Of a stretch of DNA of 64,000 bases, positions 12,511 through 24,454 are shown in pieces. Position numbers and translations under genes: made by a program. Under the pieces are notes generated by a model, which saw nothing but the letters and a program-made list of their open reading frames with translations, had not been told where the DNA came from and did no database searches. Position 1 is the first letter of the stretch. Each line of letters begins with the position of its first letter. Origin of the DNA: Octopus vulgaris (taxonomy: Eukaryota); the NCBI GenBank assembly GCA_951406725.2, contig OX597815.1, positions 132,680,001 to 132,744,000 on the forward strand, read 5' to 3'.

Positions 12511-13862
12511 TTAAGGTATGTAGAAAAATACAACATGGACAAGAACGTATAACTCTTAGAAGACGATACAATAAACACGGACAGGACATTCGAAACCCTC
12601 AGTCTTCAGTCAAGAACCGGATCATCGTAGTAATTTCGGCTGATTAATCTTGAGATTACTAGATCACGGCCAGCCCTCCAAGAAAAACTAAGCAACGAGC
12701 ATTAGAAAAACTAAGCTGGAAGCGTAGATTTCCTGGAAGAAGGATCGAATGCATACGAACACCAGGACAGCAAAAGGGACAGATATAAAAAAACAAAAAA
12801 CAATAATGGAATACAGAAACATGAAATACAGAAGCATTAACGGTGAAAACAACAGTGTCTTACGACTGATAACAAGCAAACAAATTTTTTCTCTGGCGCA
12901 ATGGAAAAGCCTTTATAGCGGCGGACGAAAACAGCGATGTTAACAGGACGAGGTCAGGAGCTGAAAGGCAGATTTCGGCCAACAGTCACGTGACAGAGAA
13001 GAGGGAAAAGAAAAGAAAGAGAAGCAAAGGAAGAGAGAGAGAGAGGAGAGAGAGAGAGGAGGGACAAACGCAACAAAGAGAGAGAAGAGAGAGAAAGAAG
13101 GAATCAGAGAGGAGAAGGGATGGGTGTCGAAGAATGACCTGTGAGTGCAGAGCGAGACAAAGAAATAGGAGGGTAGTGGAAGACTAGACCAAAGAATCAG
13201 AGGAAAGAGAAGAGAAAAAGAGGATGAGTGGAGAGAAAAGAGAGAGAGGGGGACAGATCAAGTAAAAATGAGAGAGAGAGAGAGACAAACAGAGAGTCGT
13301 ACCAATTATTAAGAATATGTGCTCACATTAATGTTAAGGGGGGTACGGGGCGCCTGGAATATATGTTAAGGTATGTAGAAAAATACAACATGGACAAGAA
13401 CGTATAACTCTTAGAAGACGATACAATAAACACGGACAGGACATTCGAAACCCTCAGTCTTCAGTCAAGAACCGGATCATCGTAGTAATTTCGGCTGATT
13501 AATCTTGAGATTACTAGATCACGGCCAGCCCTCCAAGAAAAACTAAGCAACGAGCATTAGAAAAACTAAGCTGGAAGCGTAGATTTCCTGGAAGAAGGAT
13601 CGAATGCATACGAACACCAGGACAGCAAAAGGGACAGATATAAAAAAACAAAAAACAATAATGGAATACAGAAACATGAAATACAGAAGCATTAACGGTG
13701 AAAACAACAGTGTCTTACGACTGATAACAAGCAAACAAATTTTTTCTCTGGCGCAATGGAAAAGCCTTTATAGCGGCGGACGAAAACAGCGATGTTAACA
13801 GGACGAGGTCAGGAGCTGAAAGGCAGATTTCGGCCAACAGTCACGTGACAGAGAAGAGGGAA
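12511..13862 (-). mobile_element. Partial tandem repeat element: 855-bp unit with two 497-bp direct repeats (pseudo-LTR-like)
   Basis: 12511-13007 appears identical to 13366-13862 (offset 855; identical ORFs in the track); left end abuts (TA)n. Confidence 0.85.
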
Positions 13863-14061
13863 TTACGGAGATGTACTCGCATAGCAAGTAATTTGATCTG
13901 AGATTGTGTGCTGAAACGAAAACAATTGCAGCGTGGAAGGTGTTTATAAGCCATTTAAGAAACACACAAAAGCCGTTCGATTCACTCCAACATTTAAGTT
14001 TAATTTGTCAAAATATTTTCGTCGCTAAAATCCGCGACCTGTTCACTGACAAAGTCCGTGC

Positions 14062-14066
<5 letters not shown>
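13863..14066 (-). mobile_element. ~200-bp repeat carrying a variant hammerhead
   Basis: Contains the 14004-14053 motif; bounded by the preceding element and (TA)n. Confidence 0.55.
14004..14053 (-). ncRNA. Type-I hammerhead motif with a G3-C8 core swap
   Basis: Minus strand: TTTGTCA-GTGAACA-G-GTCGC ggatttta GCGAC-GAA-AATATT-T-TGACAAA; 7-bp stem I, 5-bp stem II, palindromic stem III. Confidence 0.7.
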
Positions 14067-14108
<42 letters not shown>

Positions 14109-14128
14109 AATCCAAACGGGAAACAAAA

Positions 14129-14181
<53 letters not shown>

Positions 14182-14190
14182 AAGTCCGTG

Positions 14191-14236
<46 letters not shown>

Positions 14237-14249
14237 AATCCAAACGGGA

Positions 14250-15940
14250 AACAAAAAAACAACAACAATGGAACAATTACAGTATTATTATTAATAGGCG
14301 CTCAGGAAATGGAAGCAGGGAGGTATGACGTTTCGAGCGGAGCTCTTCGTCGGAAACATAAAGAAGGAAGAGAGAGGAAAGAAAGATCCCGGAGCGGGCA
14401 ACGGAGATAGAGAAAAAAACGGCTGGTGTTAGGAGTAGCACGTGGTGAAAGGCGGATGTTTACGATAACAAGAGCAAAGTGGGTTTTTAAAGGCAAAAGA
14501 GTGGAGACAAGGTTGGTAACGCAACAGATGTGTGTGTATGTGTGAGTGTGTGCGTGTGCGTGTGTGTATGTGTGTGTGTGAGGCGAGGTAAAAAAACAAA
14601 AAATATATGTATGTGTTAGTGTGTGCGTCTGTGTGTAGGCGTGTGAGGTAGGGCGAGACGGTGGTCAGCATAGCAGCAGCATAGCAGACAAAGGTCAGTA
14701 GTAAGAAAAGGGAGGAAGGAGGAAGGGAGGGAGGGGAAGGGGTGGGGGCGTATGTAGCGTGCCAGCGTGTGTTGAGTAGTAGTGTGTGTGTGTGTCCAGT
14801 GTCGTGGTAGTATTAGTGGCGAGTAGATTGAATGTGTGTAAGAGTGATGTATATGTTTAAGCAATGTGTGTATATGTGTGCGCGTGTGTGTAACGAAAAA
14901 AAAGGGGGGTTAGGAAAAGGACTCCAGCGGAGGGGAAGATGGAAGAGTGGTCCCGCGGAGACGGGCGTGGGAAAACCCAACGACAAGCGACATCCCAGGA
15001 ACGGGCGGGAGGTCTCGTCGGGTCCAAGGGCGAGGTGCATGCGGGGCGCATGCGTGCGCGAACCGGCGCATATATATATATATATATAAAAGAAGTTTGA
15101 AAACGCCACTATATAAGATAAATTTTAATTTTCTTAGAAATTTTATGTTTCGGTTCTCCTTGAAAAAACGAACCTTATCAAAAATATTTTTAAAAGTTAA
15201 GTGTAATAAAAAAGTTCATAATTGTTTCTTACTAGTCTCAACAGATTCCACGTGGTGGGGTTTTTTGTGGGGTGGGCAGCATAATAGCTGTCTTGTGTGT
15301 TGACTAGATTCGTTGGGTGAAGTTGGAGAAATGACCAGCGGCCGAAATAGCAGTAGCTGCAGTGACTGTCGGTCGTAGTAGTAGTGACCGTGGTGGTGGT
15401 GGTTGGAGTTGCAGCAGTTCATATACTGGCGAATTTGCGTAGTGTTATAATCCAGTGGGTTTTTTTTTTTTTTTTACTGTTAGCTCTGTACCTCAAGAGT
15501 CACGCTTCCATTTGTTAGTTGAAGTCAATTTTTTGTCCGTTAGTTATTTTATCGCATCCATGTGCTATATATTTCTACATACACATACATACATGAGCAC
15601 ACACATACACCAACACACACCAACACCACGGTCTCTACTACTACGACCAACAGTCACTGCTACTACTGCTATTTCGGCCGCTGGTCATTTCTCCAACTTC
15701 AGCCAACGAATCTAGTCAATACATAAGACAGCTATTATGCTCTCTCCCATACTAAAACCACCACGTGGACTCTGTTGAGACTAGTAAGAAACAATTATGA
15801 ACTTTTTTATTACACTTGATTTTTTAAAATATCTTTGATAAGGTTCGTTTTTTCAAGGAGAACCGAAACATGTAATATTTCTAAGAAAATTAAAAGTTAT
15901 GCTATATAGTGTCGTATTCAAACTTCTTTATAAATATATA
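14250..15940 (-). mobile_element. PLE-like non-autonomous composite with a hammerhead and a ~320-bp inverted repeat
   Basis: Hammerhead at 14322-14358; inverted arms 15086-15405 / 15620-15940; (TA)n flanks. Confidence 0.55.
14322..14358 (-). ncRNA. Minimal hammerhead motif (same family as 6548-6582)
   Basis: Minus strand: GTTT-CCGACGA-A-GAGCTCCGCTC-GAAACGTC-ATAC; canonical GUC site, one stem I mismatch. Confidence 0.65.
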
Positions 15941-15975
15941 CCCACTCGTATACCACCTACACTTATTATAAATAC

Positions 15976-16011
<36 letters not shown>

Positions 16012-16510
16012 AAACACACTTGTACGCGTGCGCAGACACTCGTACACGCCCAGGCATCATATATGTGTTTTCCTTTGAATATACAGCAGTGTGTTCACAT
16101 TCACCATTTTGTTGGTATTAATTTTTCCATATTGTTTTGGAACAATGGAGTTCCCAAATACCTGTTCGTGTTTTCTATACCTTCGCAGCCCTATTTTCAA
16201 CAAGTGAATATATCTGGTGTTTTTATTGTTCTTTTTATACTGGCGAATTTGTGTAGTGTTATAATCCAGTGGTTTTTTTCACTGTTAGCTCTGTATCTCA
16301 AGAGTCACGCTTCTATTTATGAGTTGCAGCCAAATTTTTTATCTCATCCATGCGCTATATATTTCTACATACACATACACACGCGAGCACACACATACAC
16401 CAACTCACACCATCCCACACACACATATATGTATAAATATAACTATATATAGATGTATGTGTGTATATAATTATATATATATATATAAATGTGTGTATAT
16501 ATAATTGTAT

Positions 16511-16919
16511 ATTGCCCACAGGAGGTTAAACATAGATAGGACAAACAAGGACATACAAAGGGATTAAGCCGATTACATCGACTCCAATGCGTAACCGGTT
16601 TTCATTTAATCGACCCCAAAAGGATGAAAGGTAAGGTCGATATCGGCGTAATTTGAACTCAGAACCTAACGGCAGACGAAATACCTATTTCTTTACTACC
16701 CACAAGAGGCTAAACACAGAGAGGACAAACAAGGACAGATAAATGGATTAAGTCGATTACATCAACCCCAGTGCGTAATTGGTACTTAATTTATCGACCC
16801 CGAAAGGATGAAAGGCGGAGTCGACCTCAGCGGAATTTGAACTCAGAACGTAGCGACAGACGAAATACAGCTACGCATTTCGCCCGGCGTGCTCACGTTT
16901 CTGCCAGCTCGCCGCCTTA
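16511..16919 (-). mobile_element. Dimeric SINE family 1
   Basis: Full monomer (16690-16919) joined to a second, headless body (16511-16689). Confidence 0.85.
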
Positions 16920-17033
16920 GAATGTATGTATGTATGTCTATATGAATGTATGTAGGCAGCTAAGTATGATTCGGAAAAATCCGTGCAATGACATCGCTTT
17001 TACTAAATATCATCTTACTCTGTCTGTGTGTAT

Positions 17034-17139
<106 letters not shown>

Positions 17140-18142
17140 CTTTTACTACTGAGAATTTTCAAGTATTTATTTATATTTTACATCTGTATGAGCAAACTCG
17201 AAAAAACTTACCTCGCGCGAAATATATAATTATGAAAAAACAGTTTCCTATCGCTCCATAATTAATTTTGTTTAAAAGATTCTGTATGATTAATGGAAGT
17301 TTACAGGGAGGCATGAAATAAAAACTTGATCACATCTGAAATTTTGTTTTTCCTTAAATGTTCATTCTGGAGATAGAGAAAATTTCCCAAGGCTGGTCCA
17401 GAAAGTGCAGTTTAGGAGAGCAGATTATTGAGGACTAAAATCTCTATTATAGATTTATCACTGCTTCTTCTACCTTTAGGATTGTTATCTATCAATTTTA
17501 TCTGTACGCCAAGAGGAAAACGTACACTAGGAAAGAACGCCAGGTGGATGCAACTGCACCTGAAAAAAATAATGTTTCAAAAAAAAATAATGCAAATGTG
17601 TTGAACGTTCGTACTTGAAGCTTCTTAGAGTAATTAAAAACGCTAAAGGTAATAGGTATTGTAAATTAGCTCTCTACTCTACCCCTTTCTCTCTCTCTCT
17701 CTCTCCGTTTCTCTCTTTCTTTCGAAATTCAAACAGAAAATGTCACTACTTGCGTCGGGTTTGATCAGTGTAATTTAGAACTTTTAAGTTGATCTTGCAG
17801 TATCTAATCACCTCTGCCTCTAAATCGGCATCATGTTCTTTAGTAATCTTTATTCTTGCTCCAAAGCGTAATCCTAGCTGAAGGGATGCATTTCATAACA
17901 GCATAACAACTATTGCGCAACGTTTTAAATTTAATTTATGAAGTGGTATTTCAGATGAATTGTGTTCAAAAGTTCAGGGGAATAGTTAGGTTTGTCTTCA
18001 TAATGCACTTCTTTAATTTAATCAACACTTAGATATGAAGCTATTTCTTTTGGCAATGTCTTCAGTACTCCTTCATTAAGTGTTAATTAGTTCCTGCATC
18101 TTTAAGTTAATATCACAAGCAGAAACACCATCTCTGACGGGC

Positions 18143-18179
<37 letters not shown>

Positions 18180-18317
18180 ACACACACACACATACATATA
18201 TGTATATATATACATATATATATATATGTGTGTGTGTATGTATATAATCATATATATACGAATATTAAGACAACATCAGTAGCTAAGTAAGGCTGTTATT
18301 ATATGGGTATACATATG

Positions 18318-18436
<119 letters not shown>

Positions 18437-18457
18437 TATATATACATACATATATAT

Positions 18458-18520
<63 letters not shown>

Positions 18521-19316
18521 TATATAACTGGCTCTGAATTCTACACAAAACACAAAATCAATAGAGATAAACATAGAAGGACATAGTCAAGTAGAGAGAA
18601 ACTAACAGAAAGTGAACGCCAATGTGTCTTTTCTTAAATATTAAAGAAGGTCAAATTTCAGAAAATGATAAAATATTAAAAGGAAGCAGAAGGAAATAGT
18701 TTGAAAAATTAATATGAGAAGTATTAAGGTATAAAATAAAGAATTTGAAAGTGCATAATATTATAATAATTCTGCTTGTTCCTCCGTTACTTAGCCCGTC
18801 CGTAACACTTCCACGTTATTAGTTGAATGTGGCGGGGAAAGAGGACATGGGGCAGAGGAGAAAGTTGGAGGAGGGGGCAAAGAGGGCGGTTGAGGGGAGG
18901 GTGAGGGACAGGATGTGGTGGTGAGTGAAATATGTAATTTATTTTATTTTAACTAAGATGATTTTTTCCTCTGTTACTTAGCCCGTCTGTAACGCTTGCA
19001 TGTGATTAGATGAAGGGAAAGGTGAAGAGTGAAAGGAAAAGGAGAGAGAAAGAAGGAGAGTGGTGTGTATTAAGTATATAAAGTTGTGGATAAAGTATAT
19101 AATGTGTATAGATAAAGTGCATTAAGTAATCATCAATTCCAATTTCCTTCAACTTTTAATGATTAGCAGGCGAGCGACCATCTTTCAATACTGACACAAC
19201 ACAGGCTACGCTTTCAGGTTTTCCGGATAAAATTTTTAGAAATAATCCATTAACTTTACCATTAAGTCTGTGAAATATTCTTGAGTACCGCTAGTTTGTA
19301 ATATAGTGGTTGTTTA

Positions 19317-19760
19317 AAGGCGGCGAGCTGGCAGAAACGTTAGCATGCCAGGCGAAATGCTTAGCGGTATTTCGTCTGTCTTTACGTTCTGAGTTCAAAT
19401 TCTGCTGAGGTCGACTTCGCTTTCATCCTTTCGGGTGTTGATAAATTTAGTACCAGTTACGTACTGGGGTCGATCTAATCGATTGGCACCCCCACAAAAT
19501 TTCGGGCTTTGTGCCTAGAGTAGAAATGAATATAGCAGTTATTTAAAGGCGGCGAGCTGGCAGAAAAATTAGCAGGCCGGCCGAAAGCTTTGTGGTATTT
19601 CGTTTGTCTTTACGTTCTGAGTTCAAATTCCACCGAGGTCAACTTTGCCTTTCACCCTTTCGGGGTTCGATAAATTAAGTACCAATTGCGTACTGGGATC
19701 GATCTAATCGACTGGCTTCCTCTCCCAAAATTTCGAGCCTTGTGCCTAGAGTAGAAAAGA
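19317..19760 (+). mobile_element. Two tandem SINE family 1 copies
   Basis: 19317-19529 and 19546-19760, with three copies of a 16-bp target-like repeat. Confidence 0.9.
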
Positions 19761-19949
19761 ATAGCGGTTGTTTAAATGATATAGGTGACTGGTGGTTGTA
19801 ATGATTTAGTTCATTGGTGGTTGTAAGAATAACACATAAATTGATATTATGACAGCGTAGTTGTAACAGCACAGATCACTTGTTATATTGACACAGAACA
19901 GTTCGGTATTGGTTGTGCTAAAAGAACTAAAAAGTGTTTAAAATAATAG

Positions 19950-20900
19950 TAACCAGTATTAGTCGTGATGACGAATGACGTCCCCCGACGATGTAACGAC
20001 CGTTCAGCACAGTTGTATGGCCAGTGGGCTGTGAAAATATCTGGGCCTCAGCATTAGAAACGAATAGGTTAGCTTAATTGAGGCCCATTCTTGTTCTCAT
20101 CGCCATTCACAAGAACTGTTGATCGATCTCTCCTGCGTATTAAAGGCAATTTTAAGGGAAGACAAACGATTCAATCAACAGAGTCAAGGTAGGGGTACTA
20201 AGCTTGCAATTGGGACGAGCGTCTTGGAAAGGTTTGAGGGCGAGGAGGCCTTCAGTATGAAGGATCATGGAGGATAGGTACTTGATGACGAGGATAAACA
20301 AGAAAGCTCCAGGAGGAAAAGAGGATATCAAGTGACGAAAGATGTAAGTGATGTCGTGGATGTGGTAAGTGAGGGAAGCCATTAATAGTGCAAGAACGAG
20401 GTAGAGATATAGAAAGATAAATACCATGTGGCAATACCATGCAGACATAACTGGTAAACGGGGTTTGTTGGATTTGGGAAGTTCAGGGACGAAGTAATTG
20501 TACGTGGGTCCAGACAATGAAGCTGAAAGAGGGTGAGATAGGATGGAGGTGAAAGTGAGTTCGTGGATTGACACGATTTGTCGGTAGTGAGGTGTAGGTT
20601 TGGCGGACCCAAGACGATACAAAGAGGTGTATTGTACTTGCCAAAGCGCCTCAGCTTTGTAGACGTCTGCATGATGAACAATCACAGGACTCGCTTTGCC
20701 AGTTGATTTGAGGACGATCTCCTCTCAGAGCCTGAAGCAACGGAGGGCTCAGATTTCGGCTCAATGGAAGTTGAACCGGTCTTGGGCGCAGTGGTGAATG
20801 CCAGCGAAATTAGCTACATGGAACTAGCCAAAGGCTGGTGTTCACTGGGATGGTCTGCAGCCCAGGTCAGTTAGGTAGTCTTGTCCGTTAAATGCAGGTA
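19950..20900 (-). pseudogene. Penelope-like reverse transcriptase remnant
   Basis: LPKSNKPRLP..., LTYHIHDITYIFRHL...FLFILVIKYLSSMILHTEGLLALKPF (like the PLE motif LFTxDVKSLYTxIPHxEGLxAL), then MAMRTRMGLN*ANLFV and GRYIVG (decayed RYIDD). A very decayed GIY-YIG-like stretch probably continues at ~19100-19920, around the SINE pair. Confidence 0.8.
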
Positions 20901-21041
20901 GAACATTATGAGAGGGCATGCAGCCTGGTTTTGAAACTCGTTCCTGGAGTGAAGGGTTTAAAACGAAAACTCCATACCAAGGAGAGAACAGTATGCTTTA
21001 GATACAGACTAAGAGAGAGAGGGAGAGAGAGAGAGAGACAG

Positions 21042-21078
<37 letters not shown>

Positions 21079-21409
21079 AGAAGGAAAGATTCAAAAAGCG
21101 TGAAGTAGGAGAGGAGGAAGTTAAGGCAGTTGGGGAACGGGTGGAGTTGGTGGTGGTAGACTCCAACTCAGGAAAGTTGGGAGGAGGCGGTTGTAGGTTG
21201 AAGGATGTTGGCGATAGGGGTTCAGGACGAGAAAGCTGTGGTGGCATGGATGGAGCGACAGATGTAGGCATGTGCGGCGTTGTGGTAAGGGGTGGATGTA
21301 ATGGCGTTGCATGGCACAGGATGGAAGAGTGTTTGTTGTTTGTGGAATAGGCGGTTGAGATGCAATATGCAAAGGAGGATGCATGTATGTATGTATGTAT
21401 GTATGTATG

Positions 21410-21441
<32 letters not shown>

Positions 21442-22407
21442 GAGCTACATAGTTCTATGCGCTTAAACATGTGGAGTTATTTAGTAACCAATTCGAAGAA
21501 TAACATGTTGTAGGCCAATAGTCTGGTATTCGAGTTGTCTTGGTATAAACAGGGTTGTACACATATTCACATTGAATGATGTGTCTGAACGGTTCTACGC
21601 CTGTTCTTCAAATAAATGTTGGTCCTATGCATTTAACAGGTGCCTTAAAATGTGTAAATGCACTTTCATATACACTGAGGTTATATCATTTTATAGTTAT
21701 GTATTACACACGGGGCAATTTCTGTAAAAATAAAGTTCTCTTTAAAAATGCAATTAGATTTGTCGGTAAAGTGATATATTCATTCATATACATACATAAA
21801 TGCATATGTGTGTGTGTGAGTGTGTTGTGTGTGTATGTGTTTATGGTTGGATGTATATATGTATGTATATGTACGTATGTACGTGTATATGTATATATAT
21901 TATATGCATATATTATGCATCCATATATATATATATATATATATGTACATATAGACCTGTGTGTGCGTGTGTATGTACATGTGTGTATGTGTGTGTGTGT
22001 GAGTGTGTGTGTGTGTATGTGTGTGTGTGTGTGTGTAATATCAGTTTCCATTGTGAAGCGAAATTTTTCCATGCAGTTTTTTCCGAGCGACATTTTCTTT
22101 TTTTTATTTCTTTTTTTTTTTCATTTATTTAATTTGCTGTGTTTTATTATTCTTCAGCGTCTGAAGATTCGAGTATTAAAAAAATCAGTTCGATGAAATT
22201 CAAAGACAGCTAGAATTCTCAAAGCAAACAGTTATAAAACATTTTGGTATTGCATCGTCCTTACAGCGTTCATATTAATCGTTGGTGTTAGTCTACATAT
22301 CTCTGTCTCACTGTGGTGTCATCACCACAAATTTAACAATATCGGTGTCAACAACGATCTCACATCAGGAATCTTGCAAAACAAATACATAAGCGTGTAT
22401 ATTTGTG

Positions 22408-22462
<55 letters not shown>

Positions 22463-22491
22463 GTGCGTGTGTGTGTGTATGTGTATGTACG

Positions 22492-22552
<61 letters not shown>

Positions 22553-22557
<5 letters not shown>

Positions 22558-23150
22558 TTGCATTTATAAATGTCTCCGAGAGACTTATACAGTAGCAGTA
22601 TGATAAAGTGATGGTTTGTTGCCAACTTACTGTGGCAGTCCCAGGAAAGGGAAAAATGCTACTGCTATTTAGCCCCAACAAACACCGTACGATACATTTG
22701 AGTCACATAGCCAACTGGAAACGGTGTTCCCTGAGGCTAAATAGCAGAAGCATTCTTCCCTTTCCTGGGACTGTCATATTAAGTTGGCAGCAAACTATCA
22801 ACTTATCGCGCTGCTACTGTATAAGTCTCTCTGAGGGATTTAGAAATGCAATATTTCTAATTTTGTAGTGAATTTATTTCATTTGAAATTCTATGTTTTC
22901 AAATGTGAATAGGCATCGACAGCTAACAAGCCAAGCTACTCCAGACTGATGAAAAGCAATGACTTTGAAACTGATCCCTGGATGTTCGCTTTGCTATGTG
23001 AAGGTGCTTATTTCTCCTGTTTGAAAACATAAGGACACAGTATCCTTGTGTCACACAGCCAACTGGAAACGGTGTTTCTTGGGGCTAAATAGCAGTAGCA
23101 TTTTTTTCCTTTCCTGGGACTGCCATATTTAGCTGGTAACAAACCATCAC
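22553..23150 (+). mobile_element. Retrozyme-like element: 348-nt monomer x1.3 with a 5' inverted segment
   Basis: GTCACA.AGCCAACTGGAAACGGTG at 22702 and 23050; inverted arms 22553-22688 / 22721-22856; hammerhead at 22940-22982; (TA)n on both sides. Confidence 0.8.
22940..22982 (+). ncRNA. Hammerhead motif (slightly decayed)
   Basis: TCCAGA-CTGATGA-AAAGcaatgaCTTT-GAAACTGATC-CCTGGA. Confidence 0.65.
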
Positions 23151-23218
<68 letters not shown>

Positions 23219-23307
23219 TGTGTGTATGTATGTATATACATACATATATATGTATAAATATATATGTATATATATATCTATATATATGTGTGTGTGTGTG
23301 TATATAA

Positions 23308-23343
<36 letters not shown>

Positions 23344-23348
<5 letters not shown>

Positions 23349-23460
23349 AAGGGCTTAAAACCACTATGTGGACAGCCATATGCTAGAAATAAATCATCTA
23401 CGATCAAACTACTATTTCTAGCATATGGCTGTCCACATAGTGGTTTTTAGCTCTTAATAT
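23344..23460. repeat. Palindrome with 48-bp arms and a 21-nt loop, next to (TA)n
   Basis: AAAACCACTATGTGGACAGCCATATGCTAGAAATA / TATTTCTAGCATATGGCTGTCCACATAGTGGTTTT. Confidence 0.95.
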
Positions 23461-23537
23461 ACACATGTATTAGAATTTTCTCTGATTTTTCAGATTTTTG
23501 TATGCTAAGCTACGGGTTTAAAATTGATATTAATTAA

Positions 23538-23583
<46 letters not shown>

Positions 23584-23585
23584 AA

Positions 23586-23644
<59 letters not shown>

Positions 23645-23854
23645 GTTTATTCTTTTACTTCTTTCAGTCGTTTGACTGCGATCATGCTAGATCATCGCCT
23701 TTTAGTCAAACGAATCGACCCCAGGACTTATTCTTTGTAAGGCTAGTACTTATTCTATCGGTTTCTTTTGCCGAATCGCTATGTAAACGGGGACGTAAAC
23801 ACAACAACATCGGTTGCCAAACGACGGCTGGGGGACAAACACAGTCACAGAAAC

Positions 23855-23903
<49 letters not shown>

Positions 23904-24398
23904 TATCATACGGATGTCTTATAAAACTATTTCGCACGTGCAATAACAGCAATACAACAACCAACACAACTCCATCATCAGCTGCTCCACGGATATCGCT
24001 ATGGTTTCGACATCTGGGCAGTAACATTCAATCCGGTGGTTTCACCAGCACTAAAATAAGTGTAGTTTGGGAACAACCATACCTTAGATATCACCACATT
24101 CATTCAATCTTAATTCTAGGAAGAATTAAATACAAACATTAATAATTAAACTACAGCAAAGAAAACACATTTACCCTATGTACGAAAACAGTATCGGTAA
24201 ATTAATAATTCTATAAGTAAACTTATAACTATATAAGATGGGCTTCTTTCAGTTTTCGTCTACCAAATCCACTCACAATGCTTTGATCGACCCGAGGCTA
24301 TAGTAGATGACACTTGCCCAAGGTGCCATGCAGCGGGACTGAACCCGGCACCATGTGGTCGGGAAGCAAGCTTCTTACCACACTGCCACTTCTGCGCC
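23645..24398 (-). mobile_element. SINE family 2, split at its (TA)n linker by an unrelated ~330-bp insert
   Basis: Tail part 23645-23850 and head part 24238-24398 match 12092-12492. Confidence 0.8.
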
Positions 24399-24418
24399 TA
24401 TATACATACATACATACA

Positions 24419-24454
<36 letters not shown>

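Noticed and set aside
12575-12615. CTGAAGA...GAATGTC on the minus strand as a hammerhead
   Set aside because: No GAAA and no convincing stem I or II
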